Assembly: GCA_002689325.1 (NCBI GenBank)
Contig: NZFP01000009.1
Coordinates: 2,587 to 66,586, forward strand
Reading direction: 5' to 3'
Length of the DNA stretch: 64,000 nucleotides
Source of the DNA: Rickettsiales bacterium
GTDB taxonomy: Bacteria; Pseudomonadota; Alphaproteobacteria; Methylaequorales; Methylaequoraceae
Shown: piece by piece, positions 1 to 9,300 of the stretch
Numbering within the stretch: position 1 is the stretch's first letter
Layout of the letters: each line of letters starts with the position of its first letter
Translations under genes and position numbers: made by a program
Notes under the pieces: generated by a model
Told to the model about the DNA's origin: nothing
Seen by the model: only the letters and a program-made list of their open reading frames with translations
Database searches by the model: none

Positions 1-476
1 CTACCCTTCATTAGATTACTTTTATTTTTAGGAGTATACCACAGAGATATATTGGTGAGTACTGGAAATATTCCTAGATAATTTGTAACAGTGTTAAGTA
101 TATTTTTATTTTTAGCTAGCTCTAAAATTTTTGAATTTTGTGTAATTTCATTCTTCTCAAATAAGTTAAAATAATATTTTTTCTTAGATTTTTGAAAATT
201 TCTATTTTTATAAAAGTCCTCAGCTTCTTTTATTGCAGATAAGGTCAAATTAATAACATTTTTATTGTCATAAAATTCATAACCTTTTTTTTTTGAAATT
301 TTATTTAATACCTTAAAAGGTTTTAATTTTTTTATTAATCTTTTCCTGACAATCATCATTGGAAAGAGAAGTATTTTTAAAACCAGATAATAAATTAATC
401 TAACATTATAGTTTTGATATCTAAAAAATAATCTTGGATCTATTAGAGTGCATAAGATGTTTTTAAAAATATTCAT
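1..476 (-). CDS. Partial CDS (runs off window start); possible 2OG-Fe(II)/phytanoyl-CoA dioxygenase-like protein
   Basis: Manually translated open frame from ATG at 476 to base 1 (MNIFKNILC...ILNTVTNYLGIFPVLTNISLWYTPKNKSNLMKG). The YLG..P.L....LW pattern precedes the HxD motif in such proteins, but that motif would lie outside the window. Confidence 0.5.
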   Translation of the reverse strand, partial: MNIFKNILCTLIDPRLFFRYQNYNVRLIYYLVLKILLFPMMIVRKRLIKKLKPFKVLNKISKKKGYEFYDNKNVINLTLSAIKEAEDFYKNRNFQKSKKKYYFNLFEKNEITQNSKILELAKNKNILNTVTNYLGIFPVLTNISLWYTPKNKSNLMKG

Positions 477-515
477 AAAACTAAAAAAAATATATTATTT
501 TTTTTTCTACCCTCC

Positions 516-1334
516 CTATTTTAATTCTTCAATTTCAGAAATTTTAAAGTAAAATTTTATTTTTGTCAATTTAGGTTCAGCATTTAATATGCTACCATCA
601 AGGCATTCATTTTCGCTCATTTTTCCTGGCTCAAAGTAGCCGGAAAATTTAACAAAAGTTGCCTCTTTTTCATCCAAATCCCAAAGGCCTGAGGGTTTAA
701 AATTCAGAACTTTATCAATGAGTTTACTATCTAAATCAATATCCCTAACTAGATTACCAAAATCGTTAATATGAATTCTTATTCCAACATCTCCATTGTC
801 AGATGCCCAAACATCTTTAACAACTCCTACCCAATCTTTTTTTGGTTCATAAGCATTAAATTCATTACTGGAACATAATTCTTTGTTTGCTTGAATCCAC
901 AGATATTTTGCTTTGGCAGAATTGACGGCTTGCAAAACTTTCTTATTTGTCGATGAAATTAAATTATTGAGAAATTTTTGATCTGGAGGAGCAAGGTTGT
1001 ATCCAAATTGTTGATTATTATTTAACGAGGGCAGAGGCTTTTGTTGAAATACTACTTCCTTTTTAACTTTATCAATTTCTGTATTTTTTCTTTTATTAAT
1101 TTTTCCTTTAGATATGTTTGTTAAATTTAATTTTTCTAAACAGAACTTACATACATTACTTTCACTCCAATCCCTTACAGAGGAATAGTTTTTTAAGTGA
1201 TCAAGTCTTTGATCAGTTTTGCAAGTTAAAAATTTGACTAAAGAATCTTTTTTTAAATAATCAGTATTGCATTGATTTGCAGATGAGTCTGAGAATAAAA
1301 ATAAAAAAATAAAAAAAAATGAAAAGGTAATCAT
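516..1334 (-). CDS. Hypothetical exported protein
   Basis: 272-aa ORF with N-terminal hydrophobic signal peptide and several Cys; no recognised family. Confidence 0.6.
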   Translation of the reverse strand: MITFSFFFIFLFLFSDSSANQCNTDYLKKDSLVKFLTCKTDQRLDHLKNYSSVRDWSESNVCKFCLEKLNLTNISKGKINKRKNTEIDKVKKEVVFQQKPLPSLNNNQQFGYNLAPPDQKFLNNLISSTNKKVLQAVNSAKAKYLWIQANKELCSSNEFNAYEPKKDWVGVVKDVWASDNGDVGIRIHINDFGNLVRDIDLDSKLIDKVLNFKPSGLWDLDEKEATFVKFSGYFEPGKMSENECLDGSILNAEPKLTKIKFYFKISEIEELK

Positions 1335-1483
1335 AATTCTTTATTTTAATTAAATTGAAAAAAAAAAGAATTAAAAAATTTAAAATAAAAAAATAATTTT
1401 TTAGTTTAATTTAGGTATTAATTTTTTGTAAAATTTACTAGGAAATTTTTATTAGAGCTTTAAGAGATTTGTGAAAGGAAAAT

Positions 1484-3478
1484 ATGAATAATATTAATAC
1501 TGCTCTACAAAGAGAAAGACAAAAATATAAGGTCCGAACTTTTTATTTATTAGGCTTTATTGGATGTATCTCGATCTTTGTATATTTTTTTTTACTACTT
1601 TCAAATGGCACGAAAATAATTATTTTACCTGAAGAGGCAAGTAAAAATGCAAAGGTAAAATCTGAGAGTTTTTTCGACCTAAGTTTTAATAATTTTATTT
1701 ATTCTTTTAGTTCAAAACCTGTTTTTTCTGTATCATCAAAAGGGTATAAAAAAATCCAAGAAACCATTACACATGAAAACAAAGGTAAATTTCATGAGGT
1801 TTTAATGACCGAACTCCCGGGAATTTTAAATGTGAACATTAATAATAAAAATGAAAATACCCAATGGTTTTTGGATGAGAAATTTATTTTTCAAGGGGAA
1901 AAGTTAGAAATAAGCTTGCCCGCCGGACAATACAATTTAGCAGTTAATAACCCTTTTTTTGAGAAAAAAAATACGAATGTCATTATTGAAAAAGGGGAAC
2001 CTAACAACCTGGATTTAGAACTAAATAATATTAACAGTTTTATAAAAATTGATTCAGAGCCAACTAATGCAACTGTATTTATTAACAAAAAAAAAATTGG
2101 ACAAACCCCAATGATTTTTAAAGATCAAGGTGGTAAGTACATGATTGAAGTTAAAAAAGAGAATTACGAAAAAATTAATGAGACAATAATTATTACAAAT
2201 CAAAATAAAGTAAATCAAAGAAACTATATCTTGGAGCTCATCGAGGCTAAATTAAAAGTCACTACAAAACCAAAAGGAGGAAATTTAAATATCAATGGTT
2301 TGGTTTATCAAACAGATAAATTTATCAATCTTAAATCTAATAAGGAATATATTGTTTCATATGAAAAAGCTGGTTTTAAAAAAAAATCGCTTAATTTAAA
2401 TTTAAAGCCTAATGAAGAAAGAACTGAGACTATTAATTTGGAAGAAGAATATGGTATTGTTGAAATTATTTCTAAACCAAAAGCAGAAATTTGGATTAAT
2501 GAAAAATTATCAGGCCAAACTCCTAAACTGGTTGAGTTAAGAACTATTCAACAGACCATTGAAGTTAGAAAAAAAAACTTCAGGTCTGTGACTAACAAAA
2601 TTTTACCAAAAGCAGATAAAAAGAAGGTTTTAAATATTAGTCTTATTGATGAAAAGACGGCAAGATTGCAAGAGGCAAAATCCTCTTACAATAATTCTAT
2701 TAATATTGAAATGAAATTATTTAACCCAAAAGGCGACATGTTGCAATTAGGTGCTAAACGTCATGAAAAAGGTCAAAGAGCTAATGAAATTTTACGAAAA
2801 GTTAATCTAACCAAACCTTTTTATGTCTCTTTACATGAAGTATCAAATGAAAATTTTACCAATTTTAAAAAAAAGCAATTATCTGGAAATGGAAGTTTTC
2901 CTATAAGCAACATCTCTTGGATCGAAGCTGCAGCTTTCTGCAATTGGTTAAGTAAAAAAGAAAAACTTGAAGAATTTTATGTCATTAAAGGTGGCAAATT
3001 AATTGATTTTAAAGGAAATTCCAATGGATATAGATTACTAACTGAGGCTGAATGGGAGTGGTTGTCAAGAAAAGCAAATAAGAAAAAAGCCAGTAAATTT
3101 AGTTGGGGTGATAGCTTTATAATTCCAGACAATTATCTTAATATTGCCGATGAAAGTGCTCAAAGCAATCAAAGGAACTTTGTAAAAGATTATGATGATG
3201 GTTATGAAAATCTTGCAGAAATTGGGAGTTTCAATAAGGAAAAATCTGGGCTATATGATTTATCAGGTAATCTTAGTGAATGGGTTCATGATTATTATAC
3301 AGTTACTTTCTCCGACAAAATAGAAAAAGATCCATTAGGTAAAAAAAAGGGATCTAGTCATGTAATCAAAGGTGCAAATTGGAGTTCTGGTACATTAACA
3401 AAAATTAGGCCTAGTTATAGAGAAAATGGTATAAAGGGAAATGAGACAACTGGTTTTAGAATAGCAAGATATTTATGA
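1484..3478 (+). CDS. Membrane-anchored PEGA-repeat protein with C-terminal FGE-sulfatase (SUMF1-like) domain
   Basis: N-terminal TM; PEGA repeats (IDSEPTNATVFIN..IGQTP); FGE-fold motifs ISWIEAAAFCNWLS, YRLLTEAEWEW, GLYDLSGNLSEW, TGFRIAR. Confidence 0.85.
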   Translation: MNNINTALQRERQKYKVRTFYLLGFIGCISIFVYFFLLLSNGTKIIILPEEASKNAKVKSESFFDLSFNNFIYSFSSKPVFSVSSKGYKKIQETITHENKGKFHEVLMTELPGILNVNINNKNENTQWFLDEKFIFQGEKLEISLPAGQYNLAVNNPFFEKKNTNVIIEKGEPNNLDLELNNINSFIKIDSEPTNATVFINKKKIGQTPMIFKDQGGKYMIEVKKENYEKINETIIITNQNKVNQRNYILELIEAKLKVTTKPKGGNLNINGLVYQTDKFINLKSNKEYIVSYEKAGFKKKSLNLNLKPNEERTETINLEEEYGIVEIISKPKAEIWINEKLSGQTPKLVELRTIQQTIEVRKKNFRSVTNKILPKADKKKVLNISLIDEKTARLQEAKSSYNNSINIEMKLFNPKGDMLQLGAKRHEKGQRANEILRKVNLTKPFYVSLHEVSNENFTNFKKKQLSGNGSFPISNISWIEAAAFCNWLSKKEKLEEFYVIKGGKLIDFKGNSNGYRLLTEAEWEWLSRKANKKKASKFSWGDSFIIPDNYLNIADESAQSNQRNFVKDYDDGYENLAEIGSFNKEKSGLYDLSGNLSEWVHDYYTVTFSDKIEKDPLGKKKGSSHVIKGANWSSGTLTKIRPSYRENGIKGNETTGFRIARYL

Positions 3479-3606
3479 ACTTTAAAAAAAAAATAATAAT
3501 TTTTGTCATATTAATTTTTACATGTCTTATATGTTATAATATTATTGAGGCTGGAGGCCTGAGTATTTCGTTAAATACTCCAATTTCTTTTCCAGTTGAT
3601 ATTTAA
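3475..3606 (+). CDS. Small secreted peptide, 43 aa (MNFKKKIIIFVILIFTCLICYNIIEAGGLSISLNTPISFPVDI); not in ORF track
   Basis: Fills the gap exactly: ATGA overlap with the upstream stop and TAATG overlap with the downstream start. Basic-then-hydrophobic signal peptide. Confidence 0.75.
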   Translation: MNFKKKIIIFVILIFTCLICYNIIEAGGLSISLNTPISFPVDI

Positions 3607-4361
3607 TGAATAATATACTCAAGAACTCTCTATTTTTAATTTTTACAGTCATTATTGTGCATTTTATTTTTTCAGGTTTTATAAGACCTGAAGCGAATTT
3701 GATAATTGAAACAGCTAAGAACACACAAACATCAGTACCTAGAAATTTCTATATTATTGTAAAAGACCTTGAACAGGAAATTTGTTTCATATTGTTAATT
3801 TGGGGAGTTTTTTTAATACTTCAAAAATGTCTTAAAATTATCAATTCAAACTATCTTTTTAATATTGACCTTATTGAAAGACAAATTGAAACTAAAAAAA
3901 CGGCAGAAGAAGTCATTAGCAAATTAAATAATCAGCTTGATAAAAATCTTCAAGAAACCCCTCTTATCGAATCTATAAATCTTGCATTACTTAGATACTC
4001 TCAAACAAAAAATGTTCAAAATGTTTCAGATTCTATTAAAAGTAGTATTGAAATGCTCTCAACAAAACAAGATAGTGATAACGCAATGATTAGATATTTG
4101 ATATGGGCTATACCTTCTGTTGGTTTTATTGGAACTGTCAGAGGCATTGGATTAGCATTGTCAAATGCTGATAAGGCAATTGCGGGTAATATTTCATTAA
4201 TGACTGAAAATTTAGGAATAGCTTTTAATTCAACTTTTGTTGCATTAATCATTAGTCTAATTTTAATGCTTTTTTTCCATCAACTACAAAAGCTACAAGA
4301 TGAAAATTTAGTTGATATTCAAGAATATTGTGAAAAATATCTTTATTCTAAGTTCGTATAA
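3606..4361 (+). CDS. MotA/TolQ/ExbB proton channel family protein
   Basis: TM motifs IWAIPSVGFIGTVRGI and GIAFNSTFVALIISL. Confidence 0.9.
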   Translation: MNNILKNSLFLIFTVIIVHFIFSGFIRPEANLIIETAKNTQTSVPRNFYIIVKDLEQEICFILLIWGVFLILQKCLKIINSNYLFNIDLIERQIETKKTAEEVISKLNNQLDKNLQETPLIESINLALLRYSQTKNVQNVSDSIKSSIEMLSTKQDSDNAMIRYLIWAIPSVGFIGTVRGIGLALSNADKAIAGNISLMTENLGIAFNSTFVALIISLILMLFFHQLQKLQDENLVDIQEYCEKYLYSKFV

Positions 4362-4364
4362 ATT

Positions 4365-5435
4365 ATGAAAAAGAAAGAACGTAACAATGATTTTAGCTTA
4401 TCATTTTTAGACATTATGGCATGCGGTTTAGGCGGAGTAATAATAATTTTTTTATTACTAGATAATAAACCTAATTCTATAATTACTGAATCAAAAACAA
4501 ATAATGAAATACTAATTGAGGAGATTGAGAGCCTTTCTAATTCGAATCTAGAACTAAGCACTGCTAATCAGCAATTAGAATTAAATATAGAAAATGAAAA
4601 AAACAAATTATCAACTATTGATAAACAAAACGAAACTCTAGAAAAAAAGATCAAAGACATTGATAAAACTTCCGAAGAAATCAATAAAGAAGTTTCTCAA
4701 TTGAAAGAAAAAATATCTAAGATGCCTCAGGAAATTATTGAAGATCCTATTTCAAATGATGAATTGTTTGAAGAAAATTATATTGAGGGTCTTAGAATAG
4801 TAGGGAAAAAAATTTGTATATTACTTGATTCTAGTTCATCAATGACAGATGAAAAATTATTAGAAATTATCAAAAGGAAGAATTTATCTGACGAAGAAAA
4901 AAAAAAAGGTCCAAAGTGGAAGAGAAGTTTAGATATTGTAAAGTGGGTTTTAGCTAGAGCACCAAAAGAGAGTAATATTGCTGTAATAAGGTTCAGTGAA
5001 ACAGCAAAATATATTGCCAAAGAATCCTTCCAAACCAAAAATAAGAATGATTTAAAAACAATTTTTTTAGGTTTAAATAATATAATCCCCAACGGGCCAA
5101 CTAATTTGTTATCTGCTTTAATACAAGCGGCAAAATTTAAGCCAACCAATATTTATCTAATTACAGATGGATTACCAACTTTTGGTGGAGAAAGATTTAA
5201 AAGTTTAAATCCATTTAATAAATGTGATTCTATTATTGGTTCCTCAAATAAAATATCTGGTGAATGTAGAGTAAAATTATTTAATCAAAGTATAAAATAT
5301 GTAAGTAATAATGGAGCAAAAATAGATATAATTCTCCTACCCGTGGAAGGTGATCCCCAAGCCTCTCCTGAGATGTGGAAATGGGCCTCTGACACAGGTG
5401 GTATATTAATCAGCCCAGCAAAAAATTGGCCATAA
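4365..5435 (+). CDS. ExbD/TolR-like membrane anchor + coiled coil + vWA domain protein
   Basis: N-terminal FSLSFLDIMACGLGGVIIIFLL (Asp in TM), long coiled coil, MIDAS LLDSSSSM...GPTN...LITDGLP. Confidence 0.8.
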   Translation: MKKKERNNDFSLSFLDIMACGLGGVIIIFLLLDNKPNSIITESKTNNEILIEEIESLSNSNLELSTANQQLELNIENEKNKLSTIDKQNETLEKKIKDIDKTSEEINKEVSQLKEKISKMPQEIIEDPISNDELFEENYIEGLRIVGKKICILLDSSSSMTDEKLLEIIKRKNLSDEEKKKGPKWKRSLDIVKWVLARAPKESNIAVIRFSETAKYIAKESFQTKNKNDLKTIFLGLNNIIPNGPTNLLSALIQAAKFKPTNIYLITDGLPTFGGERFKSLNPFNKCDSIIGSSNKISGECRVKLFNQSIKYVSNNGAKIDIILLPVEGDPQASPEMWKWASDTGGILISPAKNWP

Positions 5436-6370
5436 TGAAAAAAAAAAGGAATTTAGAAAATACACTTTTTTCATTCTTAGATGTTATATCATGTGGGTTT
5501 GGGGCTATTGTCATGTTGGTGTTAATTTACAAATTTAATCCCAGTGAAAATATTGAAAATTATGACGAAGATAATGAAAAATACATTATTAAAATAAACG
5601 AATTACAATCAATTAACGATAAATTAAAAATAACTAAAGAGCAATTAACAAATAAACTTTTAGAAATTAATAAAAAATTTTTAGAAATTAATAATTCTAT
5701 ACAAAATAAACAAAATTCACTCACGTCTGTTGAAAAAAAGAAAAAAGATCTTAAAGATTCTGCTGAAGCATTAAAACTTGTTGAGAATAATCTCAAATCC
5801 TTTTCACTAAAAAAGAAGAAAGAAATTGTAAGGGATATTGAGGTTGGTGGAATTCCTGTTGATAGTGACTATATCATTTTTATAGTTGATACATCTGGAA
5901 GCATGTTGACTATTTGGGATAAAGTTTCAAAGAAAATTGAGAATATTTTAAATATTCATCCAAATGTCAAGGGCTTTCAAATATTGAATGATATGGGAGT
6001 TCCTCTCATTTCTGGTTATAAAAACAAATGGATACCAGATACACCAACTTGGCGTAAAAATTCATTAAAGTTATTCAAAATGTGGGTTATTGCCTCAAAT
6101 AGTAGTCCTTTAGAAGGCATTGAATGGGCACTTATTAAATATTCAGATCCTAAAAAATCTGTAGCAATTTATGTCATGGGTGATGATTACACAGGAGGAG
6201 ATTATGATATAGCAATTAATAAAATAACGAATTTAAATAAAAAAAAAAAATTTAAAACAAGAATTCATGCTATTGGTTTTCTTGCTCAAGATACAACAGA
6301 TAGATTTTCAATTATTATGCGTGAAATAACGAAACAAAACAATGGAACCTTTATCGCTTTGCCAAGATAA
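5435..6370 (+). CDS. Second ExbD/TolR-like anchor + coiled coil + vWA domain protein
   Basis: LFSFLDVISCGFGAIVMLVL TM with Asp; MIDAS IVDTSGSM...VMGDD; IHAIGF. The likely start is the TAATG overlap at 5435 (track starts at 5426). Confidence 0.8.
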   Translation: MKKKRNLENTLFSFLDVISCGFGAIVMLVLIYKFNPSENIENYDEDNEKYIIKINELQSINDKLKITKEQLTNKLLEINKKFLEINNSIQNKQNSLTSVEKKKKDLKDSAEALKLVENNLKSFSLKKKKEIVRDIEVGGIPVDSDYIIFIVDTSGSMLTIWDKVSKKIENILNIHPNVKGFQILNDMGVPLISGYKNKWIPDTPTWRKNSLKLFKMWVIASNSSPLEGIEWALIKYSDPKKSVAIYVMGDDYTGGDYDIAINKITNLNKKKKFKTRIHAIGFLAQDTTDRFSIIMREITKQNNGTFIALPR

Positions 6371-6374
6371 TTTT

Positions 6375-8000
6375 TTATATCTTTTCTGTGCAAATAATTT
6401 TCAATTGAACGGGCTCATTTCCTGTCAAATTGATATCTAAAAAAATATCTCTGAAACCTTTTTTTTTTCCTATAAAATAGTATTCTCCGGGAGGAAGTTG
6501 AATAATTTTTTCTTCAACTTTCCCAACTTTACCAATACCTCTAATTTCTATATAGGTTTCATTGTCTGAAACAATTTTTACATTTATCTTTATTTCAGAT
6601 TTTTTAATAACATCAGAGACCTCAAGATAATTTTTTAAAAGTGATGGACTAATATCTAAGTATTTTTCCGAACTTTTAAGATCACTAAGAACCACGTTCT
6701 TAAATTTTTGATTCGTAAACCTATGTAAGTTTTTCGAATGACTTTTTAAACTTTTTTTTAAAGATAAAATTTCTTCTGTCATTTCAATTTTTTCTCTAAT
6801 AAAAGCATCATTATTTTCTATGTTTTCAATCTTCTTGAGATTGAGTAATGAGGTTTCCCAATCATCATTACTGGACGCAATATTAAAATTAAAAAGTAAA
6901 TCTTTTTTTATTTTTTCTTCTTTAAGTTTATCTAATTTGTCTTCAAATAAATTTATCTCAGGTCTATTTGGTAAAATTTTCTTTGCTTTTATTAAGAAGT
7001 TTTCTGCATCTTTAATATTTCCATCTTTAAAAAACTTTTCTGCTTTATTAATTTTCTTTGCAAATTCTGTTTCAGCTATTGTGAGACTTAAATTTTTTAT
7101 TTCATCATCTAATTTAGGGTTCTTTTCTATTTGACTGAGCTTTTGCATTAAAAGTAATTCTTTTTTTTTATTATTCTCGTTTCTGGCAGTTTCTAAATTT
7201 TCAAGGATTTGAATTTTTTCTGGAAGCACTTTTATCTTGGTTCTTAACTTTTTTGCTTCTTGAACATTAGGTTTTAATTTGAGGGCATTCTTAATGTTTT
7301 CATCTGCTTTTAAATAAGATAAATCCTTGTAAAATGATTTTGCGTTTGAAAAAAAATTATTAAAATCTTCCTCAAGTTTCTTGTTGGTTTTTTTAATTTC
7401 AAGTTCAGTCTTATCAATTTTTTTTATGGCATCAATAAAGTTTCCTTTATTTTTAATTACAGTAATCTCTTTTCTCATATTCTCAATCTTTTCAATATTT
7501 CGTTGAAAATAATTAAAATTCCAAACAAATAATGAATCATAAAAAAATTTTTCAAGTTCAATTTTCTTGTTTAGAAAAACTTCTTTTGCATTTTTTAAAT
7601 TAATATTCTCAGTTTTATTGGATAAACTTTCCAAGTTATCTTTAATTTTATTTCTTTTATTTGTGGTAATATTACTCTCAAAATTTTGACAATTAAATTC
7701 TGTAAAATCATTGTTGATTGTTGACGTTATTTTCTTATTTTTAAAATCAATAATTTCAATTTTATCATTATCCTCAGTTACATAAGTAAGATTTAAATCA
7801 TCAGAAGAAGTAAATTGCTTGCAGTTTTCTTGGTTGGAAGAATTTATCATGCAAATATTATTTTTGAATTTTGTATATTTGGTTAGTTTATTCGCTCCAT
7901 CTATACATTCCATTGTTAACTCATAATTATTTGCTTTAGAAAAAATTTTATTACTAATTAAAGAAATAAGTATAAAAAAAATTATTTTGTGGAATTTCAT
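6375..8000 (-). CDS. Exported helical/TPR-like protein with C-terminal PEGA-like beta domain
   Basis: Signal peptide, long alpha-helical region (A..L.P motifs), C-terminus QLPPGEYYFIGKKKGFRD...ICTEKI. Confidence 0.6.
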   Translation of the reverse strand: MKFHKIIFFILISLISNKIFSKANNYELTMECIDGANKLTKYTKFKNNICMINSSNQENCKQFTSSDDLNLTYVTEDNDKIEIIDFKNKKITSTINNDFTEFNCQNFESNITTNKRNKIKDNLESLSNKTENINLKNAKEVFLNKKIELEKFFYDSLFVWNFNYFQRNIEKIENMRKEITVIKNKGNFIDAIKKIDKTELEIKKTNKKLEEDFNNFFSNAKSFYKDLSYLKADENIKNALKLKPNVQEAKKLRTKIKVLPEKIQILENLETARNENNKKKELLLMQKLSQIEKNPKLDDEIKNLSLTIAETEFAKKINKAEKFFKDGNIKDAENFLIKAKKILPNRPEINLFEDKLDKLKEEKIKKDLLFNFNIASSNDDWETSLLNLKKIENIENNDAFIREKIEMTEEILSLKKSLKSHSKNLHRFTNQKFKNVVLSDLKSSEKYLDISPSLLKNYLEVSDVIKKSEIKINVKIVSDNETYIEIRGIGKVGKVEEKIIQLPPGEYYFIGKKKGFRDIFLDINLTGNEPVQLKIICTEKI

Positions 8001-8031
8001 CTATTGGCAACAAAAAAAATTGAATTATCAA

Positions 8032-9255
8032 TTAGATAGTAGCTGGGATTTCGCCCTCAGGAGTTTTTTCTTTTTCATATATTTTTTTTAAAAATAATCT
8101 CCACTGCGAAAATTGTTCTTTAGCTGTTCCAGTTAACTCTACAGTATCATTACTCAATTCTATTACTTTAGATGACATCTCTACATCTAATGATTGTCCA
8201 AGTTCGTTGATTGCATCTCTGTGGACTTTAGCTTCTGCACTTTTCTTAAAACTATCTTGTAAAAGTGATGTTCCAGCCATACCACCACCTACAGCACCTA
8301 ATGTGCCAAGGGCTTGACCACCAGCGTCACCTGAATTTGCTCCAGCTACTGCAGCTAGAACTGCAGCACCAAGCAACAAAATTCCTCCAATTGCTTTACC
8401 TACAGCTTCTCCTTTGGCTTTGCTTTCAGCTTGTTTTTCCTGAAATGTCTGTTGCTGCCATGTTAAATAACTTGAATCTATGTTTTCGTCAAAATTCATA
8501 TAAAAAACTTGAAGTTCGTCAATAAATAATTGATCGCGAACTCTTAAATTTGATAATCTAAGATATTTTGGATCAGAACTATCAAGTTTTGTTTTAATGA
8601 TGTACTTTCCATCTTCATTTTTATCAATATTTTCCGAAAAAGATTCTTCAGAGAGATTCATACCGAATCTTAAATCACTAATGTATTTTAAATCATCAAG
8701 GTTTTTGGTAGAAACAAATTGAAGCTTTTCTTCGATTTTTTTGGCAATTTTCTGAAAAACCGGGTCATAAGAATCTTCGTTATAACCCCCTTTAGTGTAG
8801 AAATCTTCTGGCACTTGGTGTTCAAAATCGTCATCAATCCACAAGTTACCTGAAATATCTGCCACTTTAATGTCTAATTCAACTTCTTCACTATTTGATT
8901 CCATAATTTTTCCTGAAATATATAAATCACTTGTCGCGTTCAAGTCAGGAACAACTCTGACAGCCCCAAATTTATCTAACTTTTCAATATGTAGTTTAAG
9001 TTTATATGCGAATCTGATTGATTCAGCTTTTCTTAATTCTTTCCAAACATCTTCGTTATTGGATTTAGGAATATTTGAATCAAATACAGCTATTGCAACA
9101 TCTAGTCTTGGTCTAGAATCATCAGCAAAATCTTGAACTTTTTCTTCCTCAAGAATTTGATTTGAAGTTTTTGGACCAAAGTCCATTAACGACTGTGTTG
9201 TTTTACAACTAGATATAAAAAAAGCTATTAATATAAACAAAGAAGTAAGTCTCAT
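8032..9255 (-). CDS. Hypothetical lipoprotein with glycine-zipper segment
   Basis: Lipobox FISSC; Gly/Ala-rich hydrophobic hairpin near the C-terminus. Confidence 0.7.
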   Translation of the reverse strand: MRLTSLFILIAFFISSCKTTQSLMDFGPKTSNQILEEEKVQDFADDSRPRLDVAIAVFDSNIPKSNNEDVWKELRKAESIRFAYKLKLHIEKLDKFGAVRVVPDLNATSDLYISGKIMESNSEEVELDIKVADISGNLWIDDDFEHQVPEDFYTKGGYNEDSYDPVFQKIAKKIEEKLQFVSTKNLDDLKYISDLRFGMNLSEESFSENIDKNEDGKYIIKTKLDSSDPKYLRLSNLRVRDQLFIDELQVFYMNFDENIDSSYLTWQQQTFQEKQAESKAKGEAVGKAIGGILLLGAAVLAAVAGANSGDAGGQALGTLGAVGGGMAGTSLLQDSFKKSAEAKVHRDAINELGQSLDVEMSSKVIELSNDTVELTGTAKEQFSQWRLFLKKIYEKEKTPEGEIPATI

Positions 9256-9300
9256 AACTATAATTTCCCAATTAAATTAAATCATAAATTTCATAAAAAC

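Noticed and set aside
1484..3478. FGE/CLec domain as a diversity-generating retroelement target
   Set aside because: No reverse transcriptase and no template repeat matching the gene's 3' end were seen in the window.
3606..6370. Zorya (ZorAB) or Tol-Pal/TonB assignment
   Set aside because: The B subunits carry vWA rather than OmpA-like domains, there is no long ZorA tail, and zorC/D/E, tolA/B, pal and tonB are absent.
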